A stretch of 63,037 nucleotides of DNA, filler included, from Octopus bimaculoides (Eukaryota), in assembly GCF_001194135.2 (NCBI RefSeq). It is 6 parts of 5 records of this genome, joined end to end, with 100 filler letters (N's around TTAATTAATTAA, not from the genome) between each part and the next. Parts side by side here need not be neighbours in the genome. Positions count along the whole stretch, not along the records: positions 1 to 9,338 come from NC_068983.1; positions 9,439 to 37,750 come from NC_068989.1; 4 more parts are not named here. One strand, given 5' to 3'. The position numbers and the translations under genes are program-made. The notes under the pieces were generated by a model, which saw only the letters and a program-made list of their open reading frames with translations, did not search any database and was not told the origin of the DNA. Positions 1-11,978 of the stretch are shown piece after piece. Each line of letters starts with the position of its first letter. Positions within the stretch are counted from its first letter, which is position 1.

Positions 1-300
1 AGTCTTACGCATGCGTAAAATTAAACAAGCAAGCGTTTCCCGCTCAATTCATTCTCTTTCACGCTGGCCAGCGATTGAGCATGGACGTATGTTTAAAAGC
101 TGTCTCTACATCTTTCGGTCTTATACTCGACAGCTCGTTATTCTCACCTCTAAAGATGTATAACTAAAGATTTGTATGTTTTACCAAGTAAATAAATGTT
201 GTTTAAGTTGTTTAGTCTGGAGTTCAGCGTTCCGTCAATTTCTTCAATTTTATAGTAGAAAGTCAGGTATACAATCTAAAGATGTATAACCCACTTTCTA

Positions 301-480
301 CTAAAATGTCTTTCCGATTTTACGGAGGAAATCGGCAGAACGAGGACCGAGAACACCAGAACTCTCGACGGCGACTGGTACGAAAAAAGAAAGCGGTCGG
401 GGGGAAACCCCGGTATTTCTTGATCTTCCTCTCCTCTGCATTTCCGGTGGCGGTGCCTGGCTTTGCAGCGGCCAAAGCAG
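301..480 (-). mobile_element. CRE-clade non-LTR retrotransposon, C-terminal (restriction-like endonuclease end) fragment
   Basis: Minus-strand ORF ends FFVPVAVESSGVLGPRSADFLRKIG, matching the remembered CRE/SLACS pattern FxPxAxETxGxxGxxAxxFLxxLG. Confidence 0.6.
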
Positions 481-763
481 ACATGTTGATATTTCAGACT
501 CGATTATTTCTTCAAATATCGACAGACTTTTAAGAAATGCTCTCATCTATTTTAGGAAGGAGAATGGAACATCATTATAAATGGTAAACCGACACCTGAT
601 CAGAAACAGCTTCAACGGTGTAAGAGTGCGGTAGGAATTGGAATATTTCTTATCGTGTAGCAGAACAAGAAAAGTGGTGTGTAACTGTATTTAAAGAAAA
701 ATAGACTCTTTTGTTAGCGCGAGAGAGAGAGAGAGAGGGCGAGGTCGTAGAAATGACCGTAAT

Positions 764-1020
764 ATCAGCGCCTAGCAGTGTTTGGGCATGAGCAAACTTT
801 AGGTTAGTTAAAATACGATTAAAGAGCAAGAATCATCGATGTCTGGGAATCCGAATGGATACGACACTGGACAAGTATGGTGGTTTTACATTTTTTTTTT
901 TTTTACCATACGAGACAATATTTCTCCACGGTAACAACAATGAATTTGTTGAAATATGTCACAAACATCATATTTTAACTAACCTAAAGTGTGCTTGTGC
1001 CTAAGCAGCTTGGCGCTGAT
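764..1020. mobile_element. MITE with ~55 bp terminal inverted repeats
   Basis: 764-819 (atcagcgcc...ctttaggttagttaaaatacgat) is the imperfect reverse complement of 967-1020. No clear TSD. Confidence 0.7.
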
Positions 1021-1207
1021 GCTGTCTTTTACTTTCATTATGAGGTAGAGTTGTGACTGGTGTCATCCAGACTTTCGAGGAACGACGTTAGCATGAATGT
1101 ACTAGGCTGATTCCGACTTTATTCACATGGACCCACCTAGCCTTTCGATGTTTAAAATATTCTATTATATTTTTATATTAAATTATTATTAGGAATTGTA
1201 TTTTTGT

Positions 1208-1492
1208 TGGGGGCACTCCGTCGCTTACGACGTCGAGGGTTCCAGTTGATCCGATCAACGGAACAGCCTGCTCGTGAAATTAACGTGCAAGTGGCTGAGC
1301 ACTCCACAGACACGTGTACCCTTAACGTAGTTCTCGGGGATATTCAGCGTGACACAGTGTGACAGGGCTGACCCATTGAATTACAGGTACAACAGAAACA
1401 TGAAGTAAGAGTGAGAGAAAGTTGTGGTGAAAGAGTACAGCAGGGTTCGCCACCATCCCCTGCCGGAGCCTCGTGGAGCTTTAGGTGTTTTC
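1208..1492 (-). mobile_element. Octopus-type SINE (family C), body and tail; head lost in gap
   Basis: Remembered as an abundant octopus repeat (gggggcactccgtcg...ggagctttaggtgttttc). Only one copy here, so strand and family are from memory. Confidence 0.5.
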
Positions 1493-1823
1493 NNNNNNNN
1501 NNNNNNNNNNNNNNNNNNNNNNNNNNNNNNNNNNNNNNNNNNNNNNNNNNNNNNNNNNNNNNNNNNNNNNNNNNNNNNNNNNNNNNNNNNNNNNNNNNNN
1601 NNNNNNNNNNNNNNNNNNNNNNNNNNNNNNNNNNNNNNNNNNNNNNNNNNNNNNNNNNNNNNNNNNNNNNNNNNNNNNNNNNNNNNNNNNNNNNNNNNNN
1701 NNNNNNNNNNNNNNNNNNNNNNNNNNNNNNNNNNNNNNNNNNNNNNNNNNNNNNNNNNNNNNNNNNNNNNNNNNNNNNNNNNNNNNNNNNNNNNNNNNNN
1801 NNNNNNNNNNNNNNNNNNNNNNA

Positions 1824-2125
1824 GCCTCGGGCCGACCAAAGCCTTGTGAGTGGATTTAGTAGACGGAAATTGAAAGAAGCCTGTCGTATATATGTATATG
1901 TATTTATATATGTGTGTGTGTTTCTGTGTCTGTGTTTGTCCCCCCAACATCGCTTGACAACCGATGCTGGTGTGTTTACGTCCCCGTAACTTAGCGGTTC
2001 GGCAAAAGAGACCGATAGAATAAGTACTAGACTTACAAAGAATAAGTCCTGGGGTCGATTTGCTCGACTAAAGGCGGTGCTCCAGCATGGCCGCAGTCAA
2101 ATGACTGAAACAAATAAAAGAGTAA
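1824..2125 (+). mobile_element. tRNA-derived SINE, family A (5' part in gap)
   Basis: Near-identical to 41350-41683, with internal (TA)/(TG) microsatellite and aaagag tail. Confidence 0.9.
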
Positions 2126-3513
2126 AATAACCAAATTTTATAAGGACCCCCGCTGAGAACCACTGAGCGTGTTTAAATCCTTAATTACTCAAACTACATT
2201 ACGACGCAACAGATTTGACTTCATGCTTTTTAATTTTGATTCAAATTAATTTTCAAATCTCAATTTTGCTTCAGATATTACGATAAACAAAATTATTTGT
2301 TATTTGATTGCTTGGAATTTTCTGTTGGTTAATTTTAAAATAATTTCAAGCACTTTTAGTTAATTGCTGATCGAACGCCAAAGAATTTTGAATTTTGAAT
2401 AATTTCTATTCTTGTCTGAACAACAGTTGTGCTGTTATGAATGGATTACCTGTGGAACTTGGGATTGTGAGGGTTTGGGCTGTGTGGTAGTCTGAAGTTG
2501 ACTGACCGTTTATACCGAATGAAACGATTTATATTCTCAGTCGCTGTTCCTCGTCACAACAATTTATTCGACGCAAACCCGTAAACAACTATTTTCATTA
2601 ATTCAGCTAGAAAGCCGACTGAAATATGTCTTGTTACACTGAAACATGTCTTGTTACACTGAAATATTATCTATAACAGCGTATACAATTTTTCAACCAC
2701 GTCGTTTTGACGACTTTTCATCAGATACAAACACAGAAAACTACTTCTCTAAATTTTCAGCTGAACAGAAAAGACTCACTCTGTTTATTAATTTCACTTC
2801 ACCTGCAATGTTCAGCCATATTGTAGACTGCATCGACTACAATATCGTAATTGTTATCTCAGATCACAACGTCATTAAAATAACAGAACAGAAAACTTTT
2901 TTTTTTTGCAGATTCTAATTACAGTCACGAAAATAACAACCAGATAAAGATTTTGAGTATTGTCACAGTTTAGAGCAACCTCGCCAGACACTGCACGTTT
3001 CTGACTGTAACGACGGCTGTATATTGAGAGGGAAATATTAGAAATTCATTTATTTCCGAGATCTCATTTGCCTGTATTCGTCAAAGAGAATCCTTGAGAA
3101 TTCTTTATCGAATTCGAAATAGAAAACTGCCCAAGCTTATTCTCTGCAAATGCAGAGTTTTACCAAAAATTTTCTCTGTTAAGTACGGAGCATAGACGTG
3201 AAACGAGAACGTAGCGGCGGCTTCTTACCGTTATGCCGTAGTTTATAATAACAAAGGGAATTTGAATTAAAATATCGGGTGGTCGTTTTTCCACCCTTGT
3301 TAAAATTAATTTCGCGAAATTCTCAACTTCGTTAAAGTTTTTGTTGGGTTTTTTTTTGTCCCTCATGTTATCCCGATCAACCTTGCGTTTGACTAGTCAA
3401 TGACTCTAATTCATGTGAATCCATACATTTTGCAGGTAATAAAAAACCCACTAGTTTCTCAGATGGTGGAGAAAATTCTCATCATTTGATTATTCTACGT
3501 CTCTGGATGTCTT

Positions 3514-3815
3514 TGTAGCGTACACTCGAGTGAAATGCCTCTCTCCCCTTTATTATATATATATACATGCATTCGAACGTAGCAGGTAACAGCTAGCCTT
3601 TGGCCGCTATTTGGACCCCGTTGTCCACTGCTCTGACTGGTTGGTATTGGTGCATTTTTTCTCTTACTCTGTCGCGCCAATTTGCAGCGTATAACCAATC
3701 GGGGCCTCTAAATAAAATCACGTGAGACAACCTGTTCTCAACCCAGTTTTGAGCCTACAGCTCCTTATAAAAACCCAGCTTCTCCTCATCTCGAGGTCTT
3801 TGATTCCCTCTCTCT
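3514..3815 (+). mobile_element. Partial LTR (TGTAGCG family)
   Basis: Starts TGTAGCG. Reverse-complement homologue of 5030-5304 and 23300-23563. CCAAT at 3677 and 3695, CACGTG at 3719, TATAAAA at 3766. 3' end not found. Confidence 0.7.
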
Positions 3816-4811
3816 CTCTCCTCTTTCTCCAAGAAAGGAACGATTTACGTCACAACCTCACGAATTCTCTCACCACGTCTCGGTGGATATGGCAAGGAAG
3901 AAGAAACTTAAAAACAGTAAATTACTTTTGTCTAACTACTTCCATATACCAAAGGTCTTGCACATTCTATTTCCTGTAGTAAATAATTCTTCAGCAAACT
4001 GGGCAAACACCAGACGCCACTCTGCAATGACTATAAAAGATACACTGTATTTCCAGCAAATGGGCGTTCGGTCTAGTTTGCATGGTTTTCATTCAGTGTG
4101 GTGGTTAATACCGCCGTAAGTTCTTCTCAAACACTGGCAGATAATAAATCGATACCGATAAACCCATCAAATGAGTTCACACCCATCTCAATGATGATTA
4201 GCAAATTTATTGAAGAACTTCAATGAGAATTTGACTAAATCTGTGTCAGTTTTAAGAGACTCGTCCTTACGTTAAAACAATGACAAATGTTTTCCTGCTA
4301 GACATTCAAAATAGAAAATAATTCTCTGAAATTTGATTCACCTGAAAGATTGAGTTCCTTCGTTGATTATCTGATACCGAACAATACTAAACAATTACAA
4401 CGGCCTATAGTTTAATTTAGTTATTATTTTAAAGTGGTGTCTTCTTTCGCAGAACTAATTCAACTTCCCCTAAATCGTATCTTCCTGCTAAAAAAAAAAA
4501 AAAAGAAAAGAAAAAGACAGCTGCTATTCATCAACTTAAAACTTCATGGTTTCTCTTTTATCTCACTTGAAGTTCCTCTCCATGTTGAATTAAAATCGCC
4601 GCTTTCTCCTTCTCCTTCTCTAAAACTCTTCCTTGCTTGAAATAAAATATCTCGTCAATAAAAAGAAAAGGAGACTATAGTTATAGAACGTGTTGGAAAA
4701 TAGGGGACTATACTATTTTATGCTTAAAGACTATTTTATTTCACACTCAACAAACGATCTCATATTTACTTATACAACTGGAGGGAAAACGTTGTGGTGT
4801 GGTTATTCGTT

Positions 4812-5304
4812 TGTAGCGTGGTTCACGAACGGTGCAGTGTTGTAACCTGGGTGAGTTGCTCATTGAGTTGTGTACGTAGAGAGATGTTGACGATAGGACG
4901 AATGGTGGTGGCGGAGATGGAGGTTGCTGAATGCTGTTGGACGAAGTTGATGAGTCTCCACGTGGCTGCTGTTGTGTTGTCGTTGGAACTGGCGGTGTCT
5001 TGTGTGGTCAGTGGCCGGACCTTAGAAGGTCTGGACCCGAATGACATCGAGACGATGAGAAGTTGCGTTTTTTATAATGAGTTGTAGGCTCAGCTGAGGT
5101 AGAAAACAGGCGGTCACACGTGATCTTATCTGAAGGCTGCGATTGGTTGGGTTGCATATTGGCGCACGATAGAGCAAGAGACCAATCAGAGTAGTGGACA
5201 CAACATGGTCCAAAATGCGGCCAAAGGCTAGCTGTTATCTACTACGTTCGTATGTATGTATATATAATAGAGAGGAGAGGAATTTCACTTAAATGTATGC
5301 TACG
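4812..5304 (-). mobile_element. Solo LTR with 4-bp target-site duplication
   Basis: Ends TGTAGCGT / ATGCTACG (decayed ACGCTACA); CGTT at 4808-4811 and 5305-5308; promoter-like motifs on the minus strand. Confidence 0.8.
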
Positions 5305-5314
5305 CGTTGCTGCA

Positions 5315-5424
5315 TAGAATTATGACTCTACAATTACGACATTCTACACCTATGACCTCCTACATTTATGACATCTTAAAATTATAACATACTGAAATTA
5401 TTATATCCTTCAATTATGACATAT
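5315..5424. repeat. Degenerate 16-bp minisatellite, about 7 units
   Basis: tacaattacgacattc / tacacctatgacctcc / tacatttatgacatct / taaaattataacatac / tgaaattattatatcc / ttcaattatgacatat. Confidence 0.8.
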
Positions 5425-6084
5425 TTGGCAAAGATTACACAGCTACTGAAGCTCTTTGCAAATGTTATTGCATCACATCTGCTGAAATGCTAGATTTAAT
5501 AAGCTTTCGGATCATCTACGGATGACCCAATTATGACACTATACTAGATCTAAGAACTTGCCATTTTTTATGAAAGATGTTAAGAAAATTCGTTACGAAA
5601 GCATTACATACTCGGCATTGAAACCACAATTCAACTATCTTCCTTGTACTAAATTGATCAAATCCACGCAACCATTTGAATGTCTCAAGGTCGGCTTCAA
5701 ATGTCTTCTAGCATCGTATATAGTTTTACTGACATTCATTCTTTGGTGATAAACGAATATTGAACATTTCCATTAAATATTCAGCTGAAATAACAACGAG
5801 GTTATAGATTAATATTTTTATACTTACGTGTTCAGAAACGATAGTTGTGTTTCATTCTCCAGTCAAATCAAGCCAAATCAAATAGAATCTCAAAACTTAG
5901 ATGTTTTATTTAAACAATAATTCTCAATTACATATGACGTGAATTAGAAACAAAAAAAATTAAATTAGAAAAATGGACGAAACTGAGAACACAATTGAAA
6001 AAATTTCAAAACGATAAACACAGAAAAAAAAAAAACACTAAGAGCAATTCACCACCTTAGGTTGAAAATTTGGGGGCGCTGGGA

Positions 6085-6225
6085 AACTACTGAGGCTCGC
6101 CAACACGCCCTCACGAGCTTCACCAGTTACCTCTGCTAGGCGAGCTGCCAGTGAAGACAGGAATCTCGTAGTCAGTGGTCCGACCCCACCAAACGTCTCG
6201 AACGCCATAGGATGGAAACTGCATA
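6085..6225 (-). mobile_element. CRE-clade non-LTR retrotransposon C-terminal fragment
   Basis: FHPMAFETFGGVGPLTTRFLSSLAARLAEVTGEAREG matches the remembered CRE C-terminal motif. Confidence 0.75.
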
Positions 6226-7622
6226 ATAGGTTGGAGTGGGAGGTGGTCCCACCCAAGGAGTGGTTGAAAGACTTAGAAAAAAGAACGGTGGTGCTGAGGA
6301 CCTATTCTAGGTCGCTCGGCACCATCGTTCAATTCAACAAAGAAAAAATTGAAAAAGAGTTGGCAGATTATTTGCCAACTGTCAAACATATAGCTCGGGG
6401 AGCCAAATTTGCTGTTTGGCACTCCCGAGGAAGCTTGCAAATTTGCAAGCGAGCNNNNNNNNNNNNNNNNNNNNNNNNNNNNNNNNNNNNNNNNNNNNNN
6501 NNNNNNNNNNNNNNNNNNNNNNNNNNNNNNNNNNNNNNNNNNNNNNNNNNNNNNNNNNNNNNNNNNNNNNNNNNNNNNNNNNNNNNNNNNNNNNNNNNNN
6601 NNNNNNNNNNNNNNNNNNNNNNNNNNNNNNNNNNNNNNNNNNNNNNNNNNNNNNNNNNNNNNNNNNNNNNNNNNNNNNNNNNNNNNNNNNNNNNNNNNNN
6701 NNNNNNNNNNNNNNNNNNNNNNNNNNNNNNNNNNNNNNNNNNNNNNNNNNNNNNNNNNNNNNNNNNNNNNNNNNNNNNNNNNNNNNNNNNNNNNNNNNNN
6801 NNNNNNNNNNNNNNNNNNNNNNNNNNNNNNNNNNNNNNNNNNNNNNNNNNNNNNNNNNNNNNNNNNNNNNNNNNNNNNNNNNNNNNNNNNNNNNNNNNNN
6901 NNNNNNNNNNNNNNNNNNNNNNNNNNNNNNNNNNNNNNNNNNNNNNNNNNNNNNNNNNNNNNNNNNNNNNNNNNNNNNNNNNNNNNNNNNNNNNNNNNNN
7001 NNNNNNNNNNNNNNNNNNNNNNNNNNNNNNNNGTACCGATGCTTCATCGGTGGGAAGGGTGCCACCGATGAAGCAGACTGAGCCCCCTCCCCTGTGAGTG
7101 GGACAGTGATTGCATTGTCTTCTACCACAGGGGAGAGGTCGTGGAATGCTACCTGGATGGCATACTGGACCGTGAACGGTTAGAGTCCGGGTGCCTGGAC
7201 TATCCAGAGTGGCCTCCACAGGTGTACGCGGAGGTTCTGAGCAACTCAGAGTTATTCCAGATAATGGCCTCCTTTAGAAAGGAAGATTTTCAATTCCTTG
7301 GAATAGGCCCCGACTTGTCGCAGCAGGCTTGCCTGCAGGCGGCAAAGAAGTTGCTCGGGGAGGAAGTATAAGAGGCTTAAGTGCCTATTCATTGATTATT
7401 AAATCATGTTACTTTGATTATTTGATTTGATTTAATTTGACTGTATGTAATTTGAATTGTAAAAGAACAGTGATTTCGAGGGGTTTTCGGTTGGCGGGCG
7501 CCAAATACCTCTCTCATTTATAACATTCGCATTTTGTCATTTCTCATTTCATTAATGTAAATATCCAGTCCGCATTGCTTCTATTGTAAGGCCTTCATGG
7601 CCAATTTCCATGAAATAAAGAA
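6226..7622 (+). mobile_element. Tx1/L1-like ORF1 element, 5'-truncated copy 1 (contains 578-N gap)
   Basis: EWEVVPPKEWLKDLEKRTVVLRTYSRS aligns with the translation of 8587-8730. Coding ends at 7371, then a T-rich 3' UTR ending aataaag at ~7620. Confidence 0.7.
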
Positions 7623-9338
7623 GCTCGCTTCCCGCGCATACGCTGGTTGTCGTGTTCTTCATGTGAACAGTGAAGACGTGAGCTCTGAGCTCCAGCTTAA
7701 AGAGAACAAAAATTAAGACCCAAGGAAGTCCCTCGAGGTAGGTGACTTTGTTGTTTGGAGCTGGGCAGAATTTATTGTATGTGAAATATTTTTTTCAGTA
7801 AATTGTGCCCAGCTCTGGGGCAATTTTGCCTACTCTGTGCGTTTTTTTTTTTTTTTTTTTGTATATTGTTCAGTTTGAGTGAAAAGTTATTTTTTCACTT
7901 AATTGTGAAAATTTGTAGGCGTATCTCGCGTCTAAAAGTTTATTCCCGTTAAGTGAATAGATTTTTTTTCACTTAATTGTGAGAATTGTTGAGGCGTATT
8001 TTGCGTCCAAATTTTGTTCACCTTTTGTGAAGAATTTTGTTTCCAAAAATTGTGAAAAATTGGAAGACACTACTTCATTTTTCCAATTTTTGTGAAAGCT
8101 GTGTTTCAAGTTGTGGCTTTCCGGTTTCGAGTTGGAGAAACAAATAGGCTTGGATTACGGAGTAGCCAGAAGATTTTGTTCACTTAAGGGAATATTTTTT
8201 CTCACTTAATTGTGAGAGGAGTGTGTTCACTTTTAGTGAATAGTGTTGTTTCAAAATTGTGAGAATTTAGAAGTTACAACTTCTTTCTACAAAATTTTGT
8301 GAAAGTTGTTCCAAGTTGTGGCGTTACGGGTTTCAGGTTCGAGTTGGAGTACCAAATAGGCCTGGATTACCGAGTGGCCAGAAGATTTTTTGCTATGAAG
8401 TGTTGTTTTCTTTCTTCTTCTTCTTTCGTTTTGTGACATTCTTTATTGAACTGTTTTTGTTTTTATTTTTTTTTCTTCCTTTTTGTTGAGACTATTTTGA
8501 TTTCTTTTTTCTTCCTTTAAAATTTTTGTGAAGTGTTTTTGAACTTTTTTCTTAATAACATGGTAAAAACCAAGAACAATGTTGTAGAGTGGGAAATTGT
8601 CTCACTCAAGCAATGGGCTTGAGGACCTTGAAAAGAAGACGGTGGTGGTGGTGTGAACCTATTTTAGGTCGCGTGACGCCATCGTCCTCTTCGACAAGGG
8701 TGTTATAACAGAAGAGCTGGCAAAATGCTTGCCAGCTAAGAACTATTTGGTGTCCAGGGGTGACAAATATGCAACGGTGAGGTTGCTATTTGACACCCCT
8801 GCGGAAACTTGCATTGCAGCAGGCCAGCCCCTGGAAGGGGAAGAACTATTGTTCCTTCCCACATATTGTGGGAAGAAAATAACGAGGGCTTGGGTATGTG
8901 GGCTACCGCCTGCTATTCGATTACAATGGATCGAACAGACCATTCGCAAAGGTCTCGGTGGTAGTGGATCCAAGCTCCTCAGTGTTAAAATTAAGGCCGC
9001 GACTGACTGGGAGGGGTCAAACGCAGTTTTGACCCTATGGACCCAGTCAGTCGGTGACCTTGTATTTCCCGATTTTTTTCAAGATGGCTGGGGCCAGGTA
9101 CCCGGTGATATTGAGGGACGCCCCCTCCCCAAGTGTCACCTATGTCTGGAGCCTGGCCATATCAGGAAGAACTGCCCGCAGGGCCGTGGTAAGGCTCTGG
9201 AGCAGGGAAAAGAAAAGGTACCCCCCATTGGAGGGGGAGACGGTGGAAGTCGTGGAGGAAGTTGCCTCCACGAAAAGATAAAGAAAGGTGAGCAACAATG
9301 GTTTCTCACCAAAAAATGGGCAAGCGGCACATGAGGCG
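7623..9338 (+). mobile_element. Tx1/L1-like ORF1 element, copy 2 (long 5' UTR, frameshifted gag-like ORF from ATG 8560, zinc knuckle)
   Basis: ORF 8729-9334 has CHLCLEPGHIRKNC (CX2CX4HX4C) and aligns with 34001-34603. Cut off by an assembly linker. Confidence 0.8.
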
Positions 9339-9438
9339 NNNNNNNNNNNNNNNNNNNNNNNNNNNNNNNNNNNNNNNNNNNNTTAATTAATTAANNNNNN
9401 NNNNNNNNNNNNNNNNNNNNNNNNNNNNNNNNNNNNNN
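9339..9438. other. Artificial scaffold linker N44-TTAATTAATTAA-N44
   Basis: Exact 100-bp pattern, five occurrences; the 12-mer has stops in all six frames. Confidence 0.95.
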
Positions 9439-9950
9439 TGGCACCCATGCCAACCTCTCCTTCAATGGACACTAAACTCTGCTTGCGAAGACATGTTGGG
9501 GCAAGTAAAATCGAAATCGAAATTGAACCATATCCGATGACTGGCACCTGTCGAGCGTGTTTCATTGCCAGAGCAGCTGTCTGGCTTCCGTGCTAGTGGC
9601 CCGTAAGTAGCACCATTTGAGCTTAATCGTTACGAGCGTCGCCTTCCAGCACTTGTGCTGGTGGCATGTTAGAAAATCATTCAAGCGAGGTCGTTGCCAG
9701 TGCCGCTGGACTAGCTCCCGTGCAAGTGACACGTAAAAGACACCTTTTGAGCGAGACCGTTGCCAGTGCCGGTGGCACGTAAAAGCACTCACTATACTCT
9801 CGGAGTGGTTGGCGTTAGGAAGGGCATCCAGCTGTCGAAACTCTGCCAGATCAGATTGGAGCCTGGTGTAGCCATCTGGTTCACCAGTCCTCAGTCAAAT
9901 CGTCCAACCCATGCTAGCATGGAAAGCGGACGTTAAATGATGATGATGAT
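9439..9950 (+). mobile_element. SINE-like element, family D, with internal subrepeats and (GAT)n tail
   Basis: ggcgttaggaagggcatccagctg...cccatgctagcatggaaagcggacgttaaa(tga)n; cgttgccagtgccg occurs twice; decayed reverse copy at 15713-15985. Confidence 0.7.
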
Positions 9951-10049
9951 AACATTGAGGAAAATGGATATCTTTTAATGAAATTTTATACAAATCCCTT
10001 TCAAATGGCATACATTACGGTTATAAAGAAATTTGTGAGGAAAATCTTT

Positions 10050-10229
10050 GGATCTTTTCTTTGACTAAACACTTTGAAACTTCGGATAACTTCGAAAATA
10101 GAAACTTTTCTCAGCAACGCTAAGAGTAAAAGATGTTCTATATGACACATTCTACCAGTATCCGAAGTTTCACAATATTTAGTTAAAGAAAATTAATTAA
10201 TCGAGTTGTCCATCAAAAGGACAAGATCC
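10050..10229. mobile_element. Deleted derivative of the GGATCTTTTC foldback family
   Basis: Starts ggatcttttc, ends acaagatcc; shares gacacattctaccagta and ttagtta.a.aaaatta with 19157-20042. Confidence 0.7.
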
Positions 10230-11978
10230 AAGATTCATAATATTTCTTTTATTTTAATTGCATAAGTCTCTTGCTACTCAGAGTTTCATCTGTCTTTTGT
10301 GGGTTACAACATCATGCAGTTCTTAACTTGCCTGAAAACTCTGTGTTACCACAGTTGAAACTCGGAATAGCAAGAGGTTGACTCAACCAAAACACACGAA
10401 TAAATAAATAAATATATGTACGTATGCATGAATGAATGACAAGTAATAATCGCAACATCCTAATATAGACACAGACGTTTCATATTGAATCTGCGGCTAA
10501 AGACATAAAATCATTTTCAGTGCTTCAGTGTGACAAGATACGAATTTATGGCTACAAGTATTAGCGGCTACTTGAATATTGATATCGTAGAATGAAACTA
10601 ATAGCACACCTGGATACAAATTTAAGAACGAGATCATTTCTTTTGTAGTTTGGTGACAAGGTAGAACACATCGAATAACTGTTTACACATGAAAACGGTA
10701 AGCTGACAAAGATTTAGACGTTTCTTCATTAACCTACATCGCATGTAATTTCTTCATTGGCCCTTGATTATCATTTCAAATTAATTATAATTTTCGAAAA
10801 TTCATTTGAAAATTATGAACAAAGACACTATTACAAAGTTTTTGAAGGAAATCGTATTGTTGTTTTCCAGTCGATTTGTATCATTCATGTGGTCATGAAA
10901 CGAGTTACGGATGGTAATTTCAGTGGTGCATTTAAAAAGAAATGTCTGTCAATAAGAATACATTCTTTGAGAATGGTAAATTGAAATAAGAAAGAAAAGA
11001 AAAATTGAGATATTGTATATGTATTCGTACGAATTCATATTTTTTCATTCATTTTGTTTAAATTTCAAATGTAGAGTAATAACGAAAAGCGCCAAAACTT
11101 CAAGGTTGAATTTTAGAATCAAGTGAATGTTTGAGAATACAATAACTATACAAAAGTGGAAACCACATAATAACATTAGGAAATCTAATCCCAGTGTTGT
11201 GTGTTTCCACTGGTATCTGGTAATTACGGTAATTATATAAAAGACTCGTTCTAGTTAAATTCATCAAAGGTCCATCGCGAAGGTTCTTAAGATTTTCTTC
11301 AAATTTACGTCATTATCTTAGTCTCTGTGAGAGGAGTAATTCCTGAAAATTTTAGCTCCATAGATATTACCAATCACATTTTATGGTTACTTAAGTTTAG
11401 GCAATTTCCTAAATTTTTGAAATATTGAATTTTTTATTTTTAGAGGCCCATCATTCCAAATAGGTTTGATATAATACTTTGAAAATTATGTTTCTTTAAT
11501 CCCCACTATCTCAAGTCCCTCAGATTGACTGACACTAAAGATCAATTCTTTTAACTTAGCCAATGTAGAAAAAAAATGCCAACTGAAAATTGCAAAAATC
11601 CACGTCTTGAGGGCTATTTAAAAAAAAGATCTTAAGTTTAGACAGCTATTACTTAATAACAACAGTTGTTGAGCATTCCATCTTCCCTAATCTTACAATA
11701 AGGTCTGAAATCTTATCAGAATATACGAATTCACTAACTGAAAAGCCTGCTTTCTTGTGCAATGGTGGGGGTGGGGGATCAAGAACAGAACAAAGTGAAA
11801 AATTTGGTGATTTTTACAGTATTTTAACTAGAATAACTTCTTATCACTAGGTTGAAACTATATAAAATTATATTCAGAAAATACACCTGATGGTAAGTAT
11901 AGAAATGTAAAACTACAGCATTTAAAACCAATCTAAATATCAATTTTCATCCCCTTAAAATAGCTCAAAATGGAAATT

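Noticed and set aside
1381-1989. Long ORFs spanning N gaps (also 6368-7219, 38651-39067, 39963-40338)
   Set aside because: They are open only because N codons are not stops, and they overlap SINEs or microsatellites.
2620-2665. Short two-copy tandem duplications (also 16803-16844, 25881-25988, 29758-29798, 40921-40968, 50029-50091, 52210-52255)
   Set aside because: Ordinary slippage products with no spacers, so not CRISPR-like, and no sign of function.
4794-5213. ORFs inside the solo LTR (also 22991-23441)
   Set aside because: No recognisable domain; they lie within TSD-bounded or LTR-homologous sequence.
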